This document shows, one piece after another, positions 42,236 to 54,363 of a stretch of 64,000 bases of DNA (its first letter is position 1; each line of letters opens with the position of its first letter). The translations under genes were made by a program, and so were the position numbers. The stretch covers positions 226,537-290,536 of the forward strand of contig CAWGSJ010000013.1 of assembly GCA_963825245.1 (NCBI GenBank). Reading direction: 5' to 3'. The stretch comes from an uncultured Acidobacteriota bacterium (GTDB lineage Bacteria; Acidobacteriota; Vicinamibacteria; Vicinamibacterales; CAVVIG01). A model generated the notes under the pieces. That model saw only the letters and a list, made by a program, of their open reading frames with translations. It was not told where the DNA came from and did no database searches.

Positions 42236-43786
42236 GCGGGAGCCGCCGGTTCGGTCTCCTTCACGGAGACCGGCACGGCCATGCGTAAACTGCGCGCCGC
42301 CGCCCGGGCTGTTTTCCGCCCAGACGCTGCCACGCTCGGCCGCCAGCAGTCCCCGGACGATCCACAGGCCCATGCCCGTGCCGGAGGCCCGGGTCGTCGC
42401 CGCCTCACCGCGGTAGAAGCGCTCGAACAGATGCGGCAGGTCGGCCGGTGCGATGCCGGCGCCATGATCGCGAACGCGAATGGTGAGCTCCTGGTCGGTC
42501 ACGGTCGCGGAGACCTCGATCCTCGATCCTCGCGGGGTGTACTGCGCGGCGTTTTCGAGCAGGTGGGCCAGCGCGGTTGCGGTCAAGCGCGGATCCAGCC
42601 GCACCGGGACGTCGGGCTCGATCACGACTTCCACGGCGTGTCCCTGCAGCGTGTGCTCGACCTGATCGCGAGCCGCCGCGACGATCTCCGATGGATGCGT
42701 CCAGCGCGACTCGGTCGCCACCGCGCCGGCATCGATGCGCGCCATCTCGAGGACGTTCTGGAACAGCCGCGTCAGGCGCTCGACTTCCGACAGGATCAGA
42801 TCGCTCTGCTCGAGCCGGTCCTCGCGGGTCAGGTCCGGGGTATTGAGATTGCTCGCGGCGATGCGGATGGCGGTCAGCGGCGTGCGAAGGTCGTGGCTGA
42901 GCGACGCCAGCAGCGTGGTCTTCAGCTGCTCGCTCTGCCGCGTGAGCTCGCCGGCCCTGCGCTCCTCGAGAAATTCGGCGCGTTCGATGGCGATGGCGAC
43001 GACCCCTGCCAGCGTATCGAGCGTCCCGGCCTCGACCGGCCGGCCGGCCGCGGCGAGCAGGCCGATCGGCTTCGTGCCGACGCGGAGCGGCACGAGCCGG
43101 ATGGTTCGACCCTCCACTGTCATCGTTCGATGACCGGCATACGTGCGGGCATGCGCGTCGAATTCGAGGGTCGTCTGCGCCGCCGCGAACACATTCGACA
43201 GCTGGCGACGATCGAGCTCGATGTTCTCCCCGCCCGCCTGGTGGACGTCCCAGTCGGTGCCGCGCGGCACCGCGATGGCGACGAATTCGAGGTCGAACCG
43301 GCGGCCCACCGACCGCGCCAGCGCCGCCAGCGCCTGCCGGCTGTCGGTGGTCATCATCACGTCCCGGCTGAGATCGAAGAGCCGCGCGAGTTCGTCGCGG
43401 CGTCCGGCGGCTTCCTCGGTACGCGCTCGGGCGACGGAGGACAGGTTGCTGGCGACCAGACTCACCGCCAGGAAGGCGAACAGGGCAATCCAGTTCTGCG
43501 GGTCAGCAATCGTGAACGTGCCAACCGGCGGCAGGAAGAAGAAATTGAAGCAGAGCATCGCGACCACGGAGGTCAGGACCGCGATCGACAGACGCGAGGT
43601 CGCCGCGACGACCAGGACGACCATCAGGTAGCTGGTCGAGACGGTCGCGGCGTTCGAGACGCGCAGCCACCGGCTGAGGACGAGCGTCACCAGGGCGACG
43701 GCGAGCAGCGCGCCCGCGGAGCGCGCCTTGTCGGTGCGGTCGAACTTGCGCATAAAGCGTCGCTCAGATTTCCACTTGGACGCCAA
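42232..43786 (-). CDS. kdpD: KdpD C-terminal half: 4-TM Kdp sensor, GAF-like and histidine-kinase domains (1 frameshift near 42290 joins it in-frame to kdpE)
   Basis: LSHDLRTPLTAIR (H-box) and HGAGIAPADLPHLFERFYRG ... GTGMGLWIV (HATPase); an alternative frame gives AQFT...PVSVKETEPAAPASR* whose stop overlaps the kdpE ATG. Confidence 0.75.
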
Positions 43787-45682
43787 GCTCCACCACCCGC
43801 TCCGGCGGCAGGCGGAAGAACGTCGTCGCGCGCACCGCGTTGCGGGCCATCAGCACGAACAACTGCTCGCGCCACAGCGCCATGCCCGGCGCGTTCGTCA
43901 CGATCAGCGTTTCGCGGCCGAGGAAATAGGTCACATCTCCCTCATCGAGCTCGAGCCCGTGTTTGGAGGCAAAGGCAAGGGCTTGCGGCACGTTCGGGTC
44001 CTGCATGAAGCCGTAGCTGACGACTACCTCGAACAGGCCCTGGCCAAGCGGACGGACCATGACCTGATCCTTCGGCGCCACATAGGGAACGGGCTTCGTG
44101 GTGACCATCAACGTCACGACGTGTTCGTGCAGAACCTTGTTGTAGCGAAGATTGTGGGCGAGCGCCGGCGGCGTGCCCTTTCCCTGCGCCGTCATGAACA
44201 CCGCGGTGCCCGGAACACGCGCCGGATGCGTGGTCTCGACCGTCCTGAGAAAGGTGTCGACCGGCACTGCCCGCGCCGTGAGGCGTGCCGCGACCAGCTG
44301 ACGTCCGGTCTTCCAGGTCGTCATCAACGTGAACAGCCCCGCGCCGATGACCAGCGGCAGCCATCCCCCGTGCGTGATCTTGAGGGCATTGGCGCCGAAG
44401 AACGCCAGGTCGATCGTCAGAAAGACGCCGGTCACCGCGTAGGCCACTGCCGGCGGCCACTTCCACCGTTCGATGGCGATGACGAACAGCAGCACCGCGG
44501 TGATCACCATCGTCAGCGTCACGGCGATGCCGTAGGCGGCGGCGAGCGCGGTCGACGAGCCGAACCCGATGACGATCAGGATGGTGCTGATCATCAGCGC
44601 CCAGTTGATCTGCGGCACGTAGACCTGACCGATCTCATCGTGGGAGGTGTGGTCGATGTCGAGGCGCGGGCAGTAGCCGAGTTGAATCGCCTGCTGGGTC
44701 AGCGAGAACGCGCCGGAGATGAGCGCCTGCGACGCGATGATCGCGGCGGCCGTCGCCAGGCCGACGAGCGGCAGCAGCGCCCAGTCCGGCGCGAGCAGGA
44801 AGAACGGCTGTTCGGCAGCGGTCGGATTGCGCAGCAGAAGCGCGCCCTGGCCGAAGTAGTTCAGCAGCAGCGCCGGCAGCACCAGGCTGAACCATGCCAC
44901 GCGGATCGGGAGCTTGCCGAAATGGCCCATGTCCGCATAAAGCGCCTCGCCGCCGGTCACGACCAGGAACACGGCGCCGAGCACGGCGAAGCCATGCCAG
45001 CCGTGCTCCACGAAGAACGACACGGCGTGGCGAGGGTCGATGGCCGTCGAGCACGACCGGATTCTGAACGAGCGACGCAATCCCCAGCGTCGCGATGACG
45101 ATGAACCAGACGACCATGATCGGCCCGAACAGGCGGCCGACGCGGTGCGTGCCATGCCGCTGGATCGCGAACACCGCCGACGAGAATCACGACCGTGACC
45201 GGCACGACGTACGGATCGAAGAACGGCGTCGCGACCTTCAGGCCCTCGACGGCGCCCAGCACGGTAATCGCGGGCGTGATCATCCCATCGCCGTACAGCA
45301 GTGCGGCGCCGAAGATGCCCATCAGCACCAGCACCGGCCACCGGACGCGGGTGCCGTTGTTCTGCGGCAGCAGCGCGGTCAGCGCGAGGATGCCGCCCTC
45401 GCCCTGGTTGTCGGCGCGCATGACGATCGCGATGTACTTGACCGAGATGACCAGCAGCAGCGAGTAGATGATCAGCGACAGCACGCCGAGCACGTTGTCG
45501 TGAGTCGCCGGCACCGAATGCGAGCCGAAAAAGCACTCCCGCATCGCGTACAGCGGACTGGTGCCGATGTCGCCGTAGACGACGCCAATCGCCGTCAGAG
45601 TAAGGGGAAGGAGCTTGCGCGGGCCGACGCCGGTCGTCGCCAGAATGTCTCCAATCGCCGGGTTGGATCAGGTCCGCACTGA
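43764..45682 (-). CDS. kup: KUP/HAK/KT potassium uptake transporter (multiple frameshifts; start approximate)
   Basis: [23 protein letters not shown] ... [18 protein letters not shown] ... and C-terminal [13 protein letters not shown]... match Kup across 3 frames. Confidence 0.8.
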
Positions 45683-45703
45683 TTTTATACCGAGCCCCCA
45701 CGG

Positions 45704-47565
45704 TCACTGACTGAGATGGAATGGGACACTGGTGACGACGGTATTGCGGCGGAACAGCAGCGCGCCTTTGATCAGCAGCGCCCGCTGGTTGTGGAACAGG
45801 TGGTGCCACCAGCGCGCGGGCACGAACTCCGGGAGCACCACGGTGACGTAGTCGTCGGGTGACTCGCGATCGACCTGCTCGATGTACTCGAGCAGCGGCT
45901 CCATCAGCGATCGATACGGCGACTGGAGCACGACCAGCGGCACGCCATCGCCCCACTTGTCCCATTCGCGTTTGAGCTGCTCGGTCGCGACCGGATCGAC
46001 GTCGACGTAGAGGGCTCGGACATCCTTGGATAAGGTACGGGCGTAGTTCACGGCCTCGACCACCGCGCGCTGGACACCGCTCACTGGCACCAGGACGATG
46101 TTGTTCCGCTTTTTCGGCTCTGGCGCGAAGCCGCGCATCGTGAGTTGATTCGCCACGGAGTCGTAGTGCTGCCGCGTCTTCTTGAAGACGAGCACATGGA
46201 TCGGGATGAGCAGCATGATGATCCATGCGCCCTCGTCCTGCCTTGGTGACTCGCCACGACGATCAGCACGAGGGCGGTCACCAGCGCACCGATCGCGTTC
46301 ATCGCCGCGTGCGCCCGCCAGCTCGAGCCGCCGAGGCGGCGCCAGTGCACGACCATCCCGGCCTGCGAGATCGTGAACGACAGGAACACGCCGATCATGT
46401 AGAGCGGGATGAGCGCATGCGTGTCGCCGCGAAACATCACCAGCAGGATGCCGGCGAGGACGCTCAGCCCGACGATGCCGTTGGAAAAGGCCAGCCGATC
46501 GCCCTGGTTCATGAACTGGCGCGGCAGGTGGCGGTCGCGGGCGAGGATCGACGCGAGCCGCGGAAAATCGGCGTAGGCGGTGTTGGCCGCGAGCACGAGG
46601 ATCAGCATCGTCGCGGCCTGCACCGCGTAGTACGGCATCGCCGCGAGCGCCGAAGACGCCGCGCGCCAGCTGCGACACGACCGTTTCCTGCTCGTTCGGC
46701 ATGATGTGGTAGGCATGCGCGAGCAGCGTGATCCCGAGGAACATCGTCACGGACAACGCCGCCATCATCAGCATGGTGGCTGCGGCATTGCTGCGACTCG
46801 GGCGGCTGAAACGCAGGAACGCCGTTCGAAACGGCTTCGACGCCGGTCATCGCGGTGCAGCCGTTCGAAAACGCGCGCAGGAGCAGAAACAGCGTCAGCG
46901 GCGACGCCGTCGCCACCAGGTCGTGCGGCCGGAGCCGGTGGCACGGTCCCGGCCAGCACGCGCCAGGTCCCGACGCCAATCAGCAGGAGCGATCGTCGCA
47001 ATGAAGAAATACGTCGGCACGGCGAAGATGCGGCCGGACTCGCGGATGCCGCGCAGATTGCCCAGCATCAGCACCACGACGAATCCCAGCGGCGAGCTCG
47101 ACGCGACTGACGTGCCAGTTCGGAAACGCCGACGTGATCGCGGCCACTCCGGCCGCGACGCTGACCGCGACGGTCAGCACGTAGTCGATCAGCAACGCCG
47201 CCGCGGCAATGAGCGCCGGCGTCTCGCCAAGATTGTCGCGCCGCCACGATGTAGGCGCCGCCTCCGCTTGGATAGGCATGGATCGTCTGTCGATAGGAAA
47301 ACACGACGATCAGCAGGATGGCGGCGATGACGAAGGCAATCGGGCTGGCCGCGCCGAGGGCCGCCGCGCCGGCCAGGACCAGGACGCGCAGGACTTCTTC
47401 CGTGGCGTAGGCGACGGACGACAGCGCATCGGATGACAGGACGGCCAGGCCGACTGGCCTGGACAGCCGCTCGTGGTGGGCGAGATGCGACGGAATGGGC
47501 TTGCCGACGATCAGTCGCTTGACCTGAGCGCCGAGCGACCCTTCTTCGAACACCAGGGCCTCCAA
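45704..47565 (-). CDS. APC-superfamily permease with a C-terminal soluble domain (multiple frameshifts)
   Basis: N-terminus (MEALVFEEGSLGAQVKRLIVGKPIPSHLAHHERLSRPVGLAVLSSDALSSVAYATEEV), TM core and C-terminal domain (IIMLLIPIHVLVFKK...) lie in 4 frames. Confidence 0.6.
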
Positions 47566-47617
47566 CCGCCGACGGGGTTAGCTGACGGGCTCGAGGTTGG
47601 AAGTCCTCTATCGCTGC

Positions 47618-47674
47618 GATCGTCCGCCTGAAGGCGGACACTACAATCGTCCGCCTGAAGGCGGACGCTACGAT
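47618..47674. repeat. Two tandem copies of a 29-30-nt unit, each a REP-like hairpin GTCCGCC-TGAA-GGCGGAC followed by (G)CTAC
   Basis: gatcGTCCGCCtgaaGGCGGACactac / aatcGTCCGCCtgaaGGCGGACgctacgatc; no spacers, so not a CRISPR array. Confidence 0.7.
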
Positions 47675-47774
47675 CGCGGCCGAATTCGCCCCCGGGCGCG
47701 AAATACGCCCTCTGGGTCCCCCGCGCGCCCTGTAACAGGCGCTTAGGCTTGTCGTAACTGCAATGGTAACAGAC

Positions 47775-49008
47775 TCAGCGGGTCAGGATGTTCAGCGGCA
47801 GCGATTGGCCCATCTCGAAGTAGCCGCGCGGCGTCGGATGGATGCCGTCGCAGTTGAAGGGCGCGGAGATCAGATCGCCGTTCGACGCGTCGCGCACGGC
47901 GGCGTCGAAGTCGAGCACGCCGTCGAACGGCGCGCGCGTGCGAATCCACTGGTTGACCTCGCGGCGAATCGCCGTCTTGGCGTCGTTCCAGCCGGTGTTC
48001 GTGCCGGACGGCGGCACGTTGTGCCGCGGGATGATCGTGACGCCAAGCACCTTCATGCGACGCGCCTTGATGGCCGCGGCGATCCGGGTCATGGCGTCGA
48101 TGACCTGCGCCGCGGACGCGCCGCGGCGGATGTCGTTGGTGCCCATGAAGAGGATCACGTCCGTCACGCCTGCGTGCGACATCACGTCGCGCTCGAGGCG
48201 ATCCAGCCCGGGCGTGCTGTCGGGCGGCGGCTGAAGGCCCTCGCTGGTCAGCGTGTTGCCGCCGATCCCTTCGTTGACGACTGCTTTGTGCGCATCGCGC
48301 CGGGCGCTGTCGAGGCGGAGCCGCACGGAGAGCCAGTCCACCCACCGGTCGTGGGCGTCAAGGGTGGAGCACGTTCCGTCGGTGATCGAGTCGCCGAAGG
48401 CGACGATCGCGCCCGGCGCTGGACGCTGGAGCTCACGTCGATCGCCTTCAGCAACGGCATCGTGGTGAGCGTGGCCGTGAACGGATCGCCGCCCTCCATC
48501 GCCGCGTGATCGCCGGTCGCGACGTATGAGGTCGCCATTGCGCCGGTGTGCTGGCTGGACAAGAACGTCCGTGTCAGGAATGTAGAGGCTGACGGCGAGG
48601 TCCTGCATCGCGAGGACGTTCATGACGATGGGATCGCTTCGGACCGTCCCGCCGGCCGGGATGGTGGCCGTCTCGCTTCCGTTGAAAAGCGCCGGCTTGT
48701 TCGACCCGGGGATGAGCACCGGTCCGCGGGCGCGCACACCAACATAGGCGCGGCCAATCCTGACGGCGCTCTTGCCGTATGCATTGTCGAGCCGGATGCG
48801 CACGGCGTCGCCGCCGATCGTCACGCGAGCGTTGAGCCGCACGGTCGTGTTCGTCAGGGCGGCGTTGGCCGCGGTCTGCTGCGAGGTCCCCCAGGCAGTG
48901 ATCCAACGGGCGGCCGGCTGGGTCTGCGATCGTCCGCGAGCGGTCGATCCGACAGTCACGAATCAATGTCGCGGCGACAACGACCGCAGGAATGGAGTAC
49001 TTCATCAT
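47775..49008 (-). CDS. Secreted SGNH/GDSL-family hydrolase (about 3 frameshifts)
   Basis: Signal peptide MKYSIPAVVVAATL; IVAFGDSITDG (block I Ser), NEGIGGNT, FMGTNDI and the DGIHPT catalytic His region. Confidence 0.7.
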
Positions 49009-49176
49009 CTGGTCTTCTTTTTCCACCGGCGGCGGGGCCCCACCCCCGCCGCGAACTTACGCTGATGCCTCGCCTCGGATTCGCTCATCCTCGGCTCGGC
49101 ATGGCCGCAGGCGCTGCGCTGGATTTTACACGGCCTTAACAAGCCGCGGCGTGTGGCTGGGATAGTCTGCAGAGAG

Positions 49177-50009
49177 ATGCGTCTTGACGCTCCCGCCGTG
49201 CCGCGTCCTGTGCCCGCGGCGTCTTCTCCGGCTCCGGTCGGCTCCCCTCGGCCCGCCAAGATCGACGTGACGGGCATGAACTTCTATTACGGCCTCAACC
49301 GGGTCCTCGACGGCATCAACCTCAAGATTCATGCCGAATCAGGTCACGGCGCTCATCGGCCCGTCGGGATGCGGCAAGTCGACGTTCCTGCGGTCGCTGA
49401 ACCGGATGAACGACATCATCCCGGGCGCCCGGGTCGAAGGCTCGGTCCTGATCGACGGCCAGGACATCTACGCGCCCGGGCGTGGACGTCGTCGCCCTGC
49501 GGCGGCGCGTCGGCATGGTGTTCCAGAAGTCGAACCCGTTTCCGAAGACGATCTTCGAGAACGTCGCCTACGGTCTCCGCATCAACAGCATGGCGGCGTC
49601 GCGCGACGACATGCGCGGGCGGGTCGAGGACAGCCTGAAGGCCGCGGCGCTCTGGGACGAGGTCCGCGACCGGTTGCATACGTCTGCGCTCGCGCTCTCG
49701 GGCGGCCAGCAGCAGCGCCTGTGCATCGCCCGGGCGCTGGCGGTCGAACCCGAGATCATCCTGATGGACGAGCCGGCGTCGGCGCTCGACCCGATCGCCA
49801 CCCAGCGCATCGAGGAGCTGATCTACCAGCTGAAAACGCGGTATACGATCGTCATCGTGACGCACAACATGCAGCAGGCGGCGCGCGTGTCGGACGTCAC
49901 GGCGTTCTTCTGGCTCGGCAAGCTGGTCGAATGCGGCCGGACCGAAAAGATTTTCACGGCTCCAGCCGAAAAGCTGACCGAGGACTATGTCACGGGACGG
50001 TTTGGCTAA
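49177..50009 (+). CDS. pstB: Phosphate ABC transporter ATP-binding protein (2 frameshifts)
   Basis: Near-collinear with E. coli PstB: [12 protein letters not shown] ... [24 protein letters not shown] ... [17 protein letters not shown] ... [10 protein letters not shown]. Confidence 0.85.
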
Positions 50010-50013
50010 TCGC

Positions 50014-50698
50014 ATGGAGCCGGTCGAACGCGTCGTCACGCCACTTCCAGGACGAGCTCGAGCAGCTGAAGACCCGGCTGCTCGAGATGGGCGGCATTGC
50101 CGAGGAACAGGTGCGACCGGCGGTCAAGGGGCTTGTCGACCGCGACCAGGCGCTCATCGACCAGGTGCTCACCGGCGACGACCCGCTGAACTCGCTGCAC
50201 ATCGAGATCGACAACCGCTGCTTCACGCTGCTGGCGCTCTACCAGCCGATGGCCGCCGACCTGCGGACCATCGTCGCGGCCGTGAAGATCAACACCGATC
50301 TCGAGCGGGTCGGCGACCTGGCGGTGAACATCGCCGAGGCGGCCCGCCGCTACGTCGCGCACCCGCCGGTCAAGAAGCTGATCGACATCCCGCGGATGGC
50401 GATGATCGCGCAGACGATGCTGCGCGACGCGCTGGACGCGTTCGTCCGGCGCGACATCGAGCTCGCACAGCAGGTGCTCAACGAGGACGACCGGCTCGAC
50501 TCGCTCAAGACCCAGATCTTCCGCGAGCTCCTGACCTACATGCTCCAGGACCCGCACACGATTGAGCCGGCCCTCGACCTGATCCTGATTTCGCGCCACC
50601 TGGAGCGGATCGGCGATCACGCCACGAACGTCGCCGAGGACGTGATCTTCATCGTCTCGGCCCGGGACGTCCGCCACCACGCCCGGGAAGGGGCGTAG
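50014..50698 (+). CDS. phoU: Phosphate signalling complex protein PhoU (1 frameshift near 50035)
   Basis: Two PhoU repeats ([14 protein letters not shown] ... [16 protein letters not shown]). Confidence 0.85.
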
Positions 50699-50785
50699 AA
50701 GTCGGAGGCTGGAGACTGCGGCCTGGGGGCTGGACTCCCCACCCTCGAGTCTCCAGACCCCAGTCTCCAGCCCCCAGACGCTCAT
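50699..50785. repeat. Complex inverted/direct repeats of CTGGAGAC / GTCTCCAG with a CCAGCCCCCAG run, downstream of phoU
   Basis: ggaggCTGGAGACtg ... gggggCTGGACtcc ... gaGTCTCCAGaccccaGTCTCCAGcccccag; the motif CCAGCCCCCAG recurs at 54985-55021. Confidence 0.45.
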
Positions 50786-50795
50786 AGAATAGAAT

Positions 50796-50980
50796 TCATG
50801 CCCGTGCCGCCGGACGAGGGGCTGTGTGTGTTCTGCCGGAAGCAGCCGGTGGACCCCGCCTGGCGCCCGTTCTGCAGCGAACGCTGCAAAACCCAGGATC
50901 TGGCCCGCTGGGCCGACGGCACGTATAGGGTCGCGGGCGAACCGGCGAGCGACCCGGAAACGGAGAAGTCCGATGGCTGA
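50796..50980 (+). CDS. yacG: DNA gyrase inhibitor YacG (zinc-binding)
   Basis: CVFCRKQPVDPAWRPFCSERCKTQDLARW is the YacG zinc-finger signature. Confidence 0.7.
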
Positions 50981-52323
50981 ACTGAAAGCCCCTGAGACTT
51001 CCAACTTCATACCTCAGACTTCTATGAGCGACTCGCTGACCGTCATCGACAACCGGACCGGGAAGAAGTACGAGCTGCCGATTCAGGACGGCACGATCCG
51101 GGCCATGGATCTCCGGCAGATCAAGGCCGGGGCCGGACGACTTCGGGCTGATGACGTACGACCCGGCGTTCATGAACACGGCGAACTGCCGCAGCTCCAT
51201 CACCTACATCGACGGCGACAAGGGCATCCTGCTCTATCGCGGCTATCCCGATCGAGGAGCTCGCGGAGCACAGCGACTACCTCGAGACCGCGTACCTGCA
51301 TCGTCTTCGGCGAGCTGCCGACCTCGTCGCAGCTCCAGGCGTGGACGCGCGAGATCACCCTGCACACGATGCTGCACGAGAACGTGAAGACGTTCATGCA
51401 GGGCTTCCAGTACGACGCCCACCCGATGGGCATCTTCCTGAGCACGGTCGGCGCGCTGTCGACGGTCAATCGCGACGCGAAGTTCATCTTCGACAAGGCG
51501 TCCCGCCTGCGCCAGATGCAGCGGCTGATCGCCAAGGTGCCGAGCATCGCCGCCTACGCCTACCGCCACAGCATCGGCCGGCCCTACATCTACCCCGACA
51601 ACGATCTGAGCTTCACCGGCAACTTCCTGAACATGCTGTTCAGCATGCCGGCCGAGAAGTACCACCCGAACCCGGTGCTGGCGCGCGCGCTCGACGTGCT
51701 GTTCATCCTCCACGCCGATCACGAACAGAACTGCAGCACCAGCACGATGCGCAACATCGGCAGCTCGCACGTCGATCCGTACTCGGCGCTGGCCGGGGCC
51801 GCCGCGGCGCTGTGGGGCCCGCTGCACGGCGGCGCGAACGAAGCGGTGCTGCGGATGCTGAACGAGATCGGGTCGGTGTCGCAGGGTGCCGGACTTCATC
51901 AAGCGGGTGAAGTCGGGCGAGGGCAAGGACCGGCTGATGGGGTTCGGCCACCGCGTCTACAAGTCGTACGACCCGCGCGCGAAGGTCATCAAGAAGATCG
52001 CCGACCTCGTGTTCACCGTCACCGGCAAGAACCCGCTGCTCGACATCGCGCTCGAGCTCGAGCGCATCGCGCTCGAGGACGAGTACTTCGTCAGCCGCAA
52101 GCTGTACCCGAACGTCGACTTCTACTCCGGCCTCATCTACCAGGCGATGGGCTTCCCGGTCGAGATGTTCCCGGTCCTCTTCGCCATCCCGCGGACCGCG
52201 GGCTGGATTGCGCAGTGGGAGGAGATGCTGCTCGATCCCGAGCAGAAGATCGCCCGCCCGCGGCAGATCTACACCGGCGCCGCCCGCGCGGGCATACGTG
52301 CCGCGAGAGCAGCGCGGCAATGA
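50973..52323 (+). CDS. gltA: Citrate synthase (about 4 frameshifts)
   Basis: [50 protein letters not shown] and [19 protein letters not shown] are collinear with E. coli GltA over 4 frames. Confidence 0.85.
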
Positions 52324-52341
52324 GGGATCGAGTGATCGGTC

Positions 52342-53221
52342 ATGTCGCACGCGATTGACCCGATGCTGGCGACCTCTGCTCGCGCTCGCGCTGCAGGCGG
52401 CCGCGCCGCGCCGCGTTCGACTCGAGCCGCGCCTGGGAGCACCTGCGGCAGCTCGTCGCGCTCGGTCCGCGGCCGGCGGGCTCGCCGGCGATCGAGCAGG
52501 CGCGCGGCTACATCAAGGCGCAGCTCGCCGCCGCCGGCGTATCGGTCGTCGAACAGGCATGGGAGGACCAGACGCCGGCCGGGCCGATCCAGATGGTCAA
52601 CCTGATCGCGACCATCCCGGGCGCATCGAAGAACCGCCTGATCATCGGCGGGCACTACGACACGAAGCGCTTCCGCGAGTTCCGCTTCGTCGGCGCGAAC
52701 GACGGCGGGTCGAGCGCGGCGTTCCTCATCGAGCTCGCGCGCGTCCTGAAGGCGCGCAAGAACGCGCTGACGATCGAGCTGCTCTTCCTCGACGGCGAGG
52801 AGGCCGTCGTCGAGTGGACCGGCACCGACAACACCTACGGCAGCCGCCACTACGTCGCGGCCGCGCGGCAGGACGGGTCGCTGGCGACGCGAAGGCGTTC
52901 ATCCTGGTCGACATGATTGGCGACCGCGACCTGCAGCTGACGCGCGAGACGCAACTCGACGCCGTGGCTCGACGGCATCATCAGGGGCGCGGCCACGCGC
53001 AGAAGCTCGGCACCTACTTCGCCGGTCCGCCACTCGCGCTCGAAGACGATCACCTGCCGTTCCTCGCGGCCGGCGTGCCGTCGGTCGACCTCATCGACTT
53101 CGAGTTCCCGGCCTGGCACACCGCCGACGACACGCTCGACGCCGTCAGCGCGCGCAGCCTGCAGATCGTCGGCGACGTGCTGCTCGCCGCGCTGCCGCAG
53201 ATTGAATCCAAACTCCGGTAG
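52342..53221 (+). CDS. M28-family peptidase (about 3 frameshifts)
   Basis: LIIGGHYDTK ... FVGANDGGSSAAFLIELARVL ... LLFLDGEE ... FILVDMIGDRDLQ ... DDHLPFLAAGVPSVDLIDF are M28 zinc-ligand motifs. Confidence 0.7.
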
Positions 53222-53283
53222 GCCCGACCTTTAGGTCGGGCGCACGCCGGCCCAGCACACGCCCGAGCTAAAGCTCGGGCCTA
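53222..53283. repeat. Two REP-like hairpins (GCCCGACC-TTTA-GGTCGGGC and GCCCGAGC-TAAA-GCTCGGGC plus CTAC) between convergent genes
   Basis: First hairpin abuts the TAG of the + gene; the CTA of the second's CTAC tail is the stop codon of the minus-strand gene. Confidence 0.65.
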
Positions 53284-53982
53284 CCGTCCCACCGCCGTGA
53301 GCAGCACGATCAGCGCCTTGTCGCCCTGCAGCCGCGATGTGCCGACGACGACCGTTTCGCCGACGTCCATGTTGAACGTCGTGTCGATGATGCGGCCGGG
53401 ATGCTTCACGATGCGCACCGTGCCGTTACCGGCCCCGGTGCGAAAGCCGCGGCCCGCGACGAACGGGAATGCCTGCCTGGGGTCGCGCAGGTTGAAGTTG
53501 ATCTGCACCTCGCTGTCCGACCGCGCCGAGGTCCGCAGCTCGAGCTCGTACTCGCGGTTCTCGGGGCCGCGAATCAGCGACGTCGACCGGGGCGACCCGA
53601 GAATCCAGCGCGCGTCGATCAACTCGTAGCTCTTATAGGGCAGGAACTGGCTCATGTCGGCGAGCGCCTTGCTCGCGGCCGGGGGCAGATCCCGCGTCGG
53701 GGCTCCGCCCTGGAGATCGCCGACCGCCAGGATCACGCTGAACCCGTGGTTCGCGCTCTTCTCCTCGCGGAACCGCTGCGTCTCCGCTTCGACCTCCTTG
53801 ATCCTGGCAATCGCCTGCTCGAGCTCGCGCTGCTTCAATTCGACCACGCGGTGCGACTGCTGGAGCAGCACCCTGGCCCGAGCGGAGTCGAGGGCCCGGA
53901 CGGCCGGCTCGAAATCCTGCGCGAGCGCCGGCGCCGCCGACGACAGGGCGCAGGCCACGACCGCCGCTAACGGTTTCTTCAT
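53281..53982 (-). CDS. Secreted hypothetical protein (coiled-coil N-terminus, beta-rich C-terminus)
   Basis: Signal peptide MKKPLAAVVACALSSAAPALA; third gene of an ECF sigma / anti-sigma module. Confidence 0.5.
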   Translation of the reverse strand: MKKPLAAVVACALSSAAPALAQDFEPAVRALDSARARVLLQQSHRVVELKQRELEQAIARIKEVEAETQRFREEKSANHGFSVILAVGDLQGGAPTRDLPPAASKALADMSQFLPYKSYELIDARWILGSPRSTSLIRGPENREYELELRTSARSDSEVQINFNLRDPRQAFPFVAGRGFRTGAGNGTVRIVKHPGRIIDTTFNMDVGETVVVGTSRLQGDKALIVLLTAVGR

Positions 53983-53990
53983 GGGCGTTC

Positions 53991-54322
53991 TCACAAGTCG
54001 AAGTCTGGATCGATGACCCAGATGATCCGCGTCCCGCCGGGCGTATCGAACTGCACCTGCCGCCGGACTTCGCCCCCGGCCGCTCGACGCTGCCCGCGGG
54101 GAGCGGCGCCTGGCGCGGCAACCGCTGGCCAATCACCACGCCCGCCGCAAGTGTCGCCGCGACCGTCACGCCGACCATCAGCGGCGGCGGCGACCACAAG
54201 GCCGGAGGCCGCGTGGCCTCCGCGATGACCACCCGCCTGATCCGCTGCAGGTCGAGCGGCGGCAGGGCGGGCGCGTCGGCCAGAGGATCGCCGTCGCGCA
54301 GTTGTTTCCCCAGGTTCGTCAT
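53991..54322 (-). CDS. Putative membrane anti-sigma factor (1 frameshift)
   Basis: Directly downstream of the ECF sigma gene; single TM helix (LMVGVTVAATLAAGVVIG); C-terminus in another frame (...FDTPGGTRIIWVIDPDFDL). Confidence 0.4.
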
Positions 54323-54335
54323 GATCCCTCGAGAC

Positions 54336-54360
54336 GTCCGGCTAAAGCCGGACGCTACGC
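54336..54360. repeat. REP-like hairpin GTCCGGC-TAAA-GCCGGAC plus GCTACGC
   Basis: Same stem, loop and tail architecture as 47618-47674; in the short sigma / anti-sigma intergenic region. Confidence 0.55.
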
Positions 54361-54363
54361 TGA

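Noticed and set aside
41591-44008. 805-aa ORF on the plus strand
   Set aside because: It is antisense to the kdpD kinase half and kdpE and is low-complexity. The minus-strand genes have clear homologues.
47618-47674. Possible mini-CRISPR array (two identical ~30-nt repeats)
   Set aside because: The repeats are directly adjacent with no spacers, only two copies are present, and there are no cas genes. They fit the REP-like hairpin family seen elsewhere in the window.
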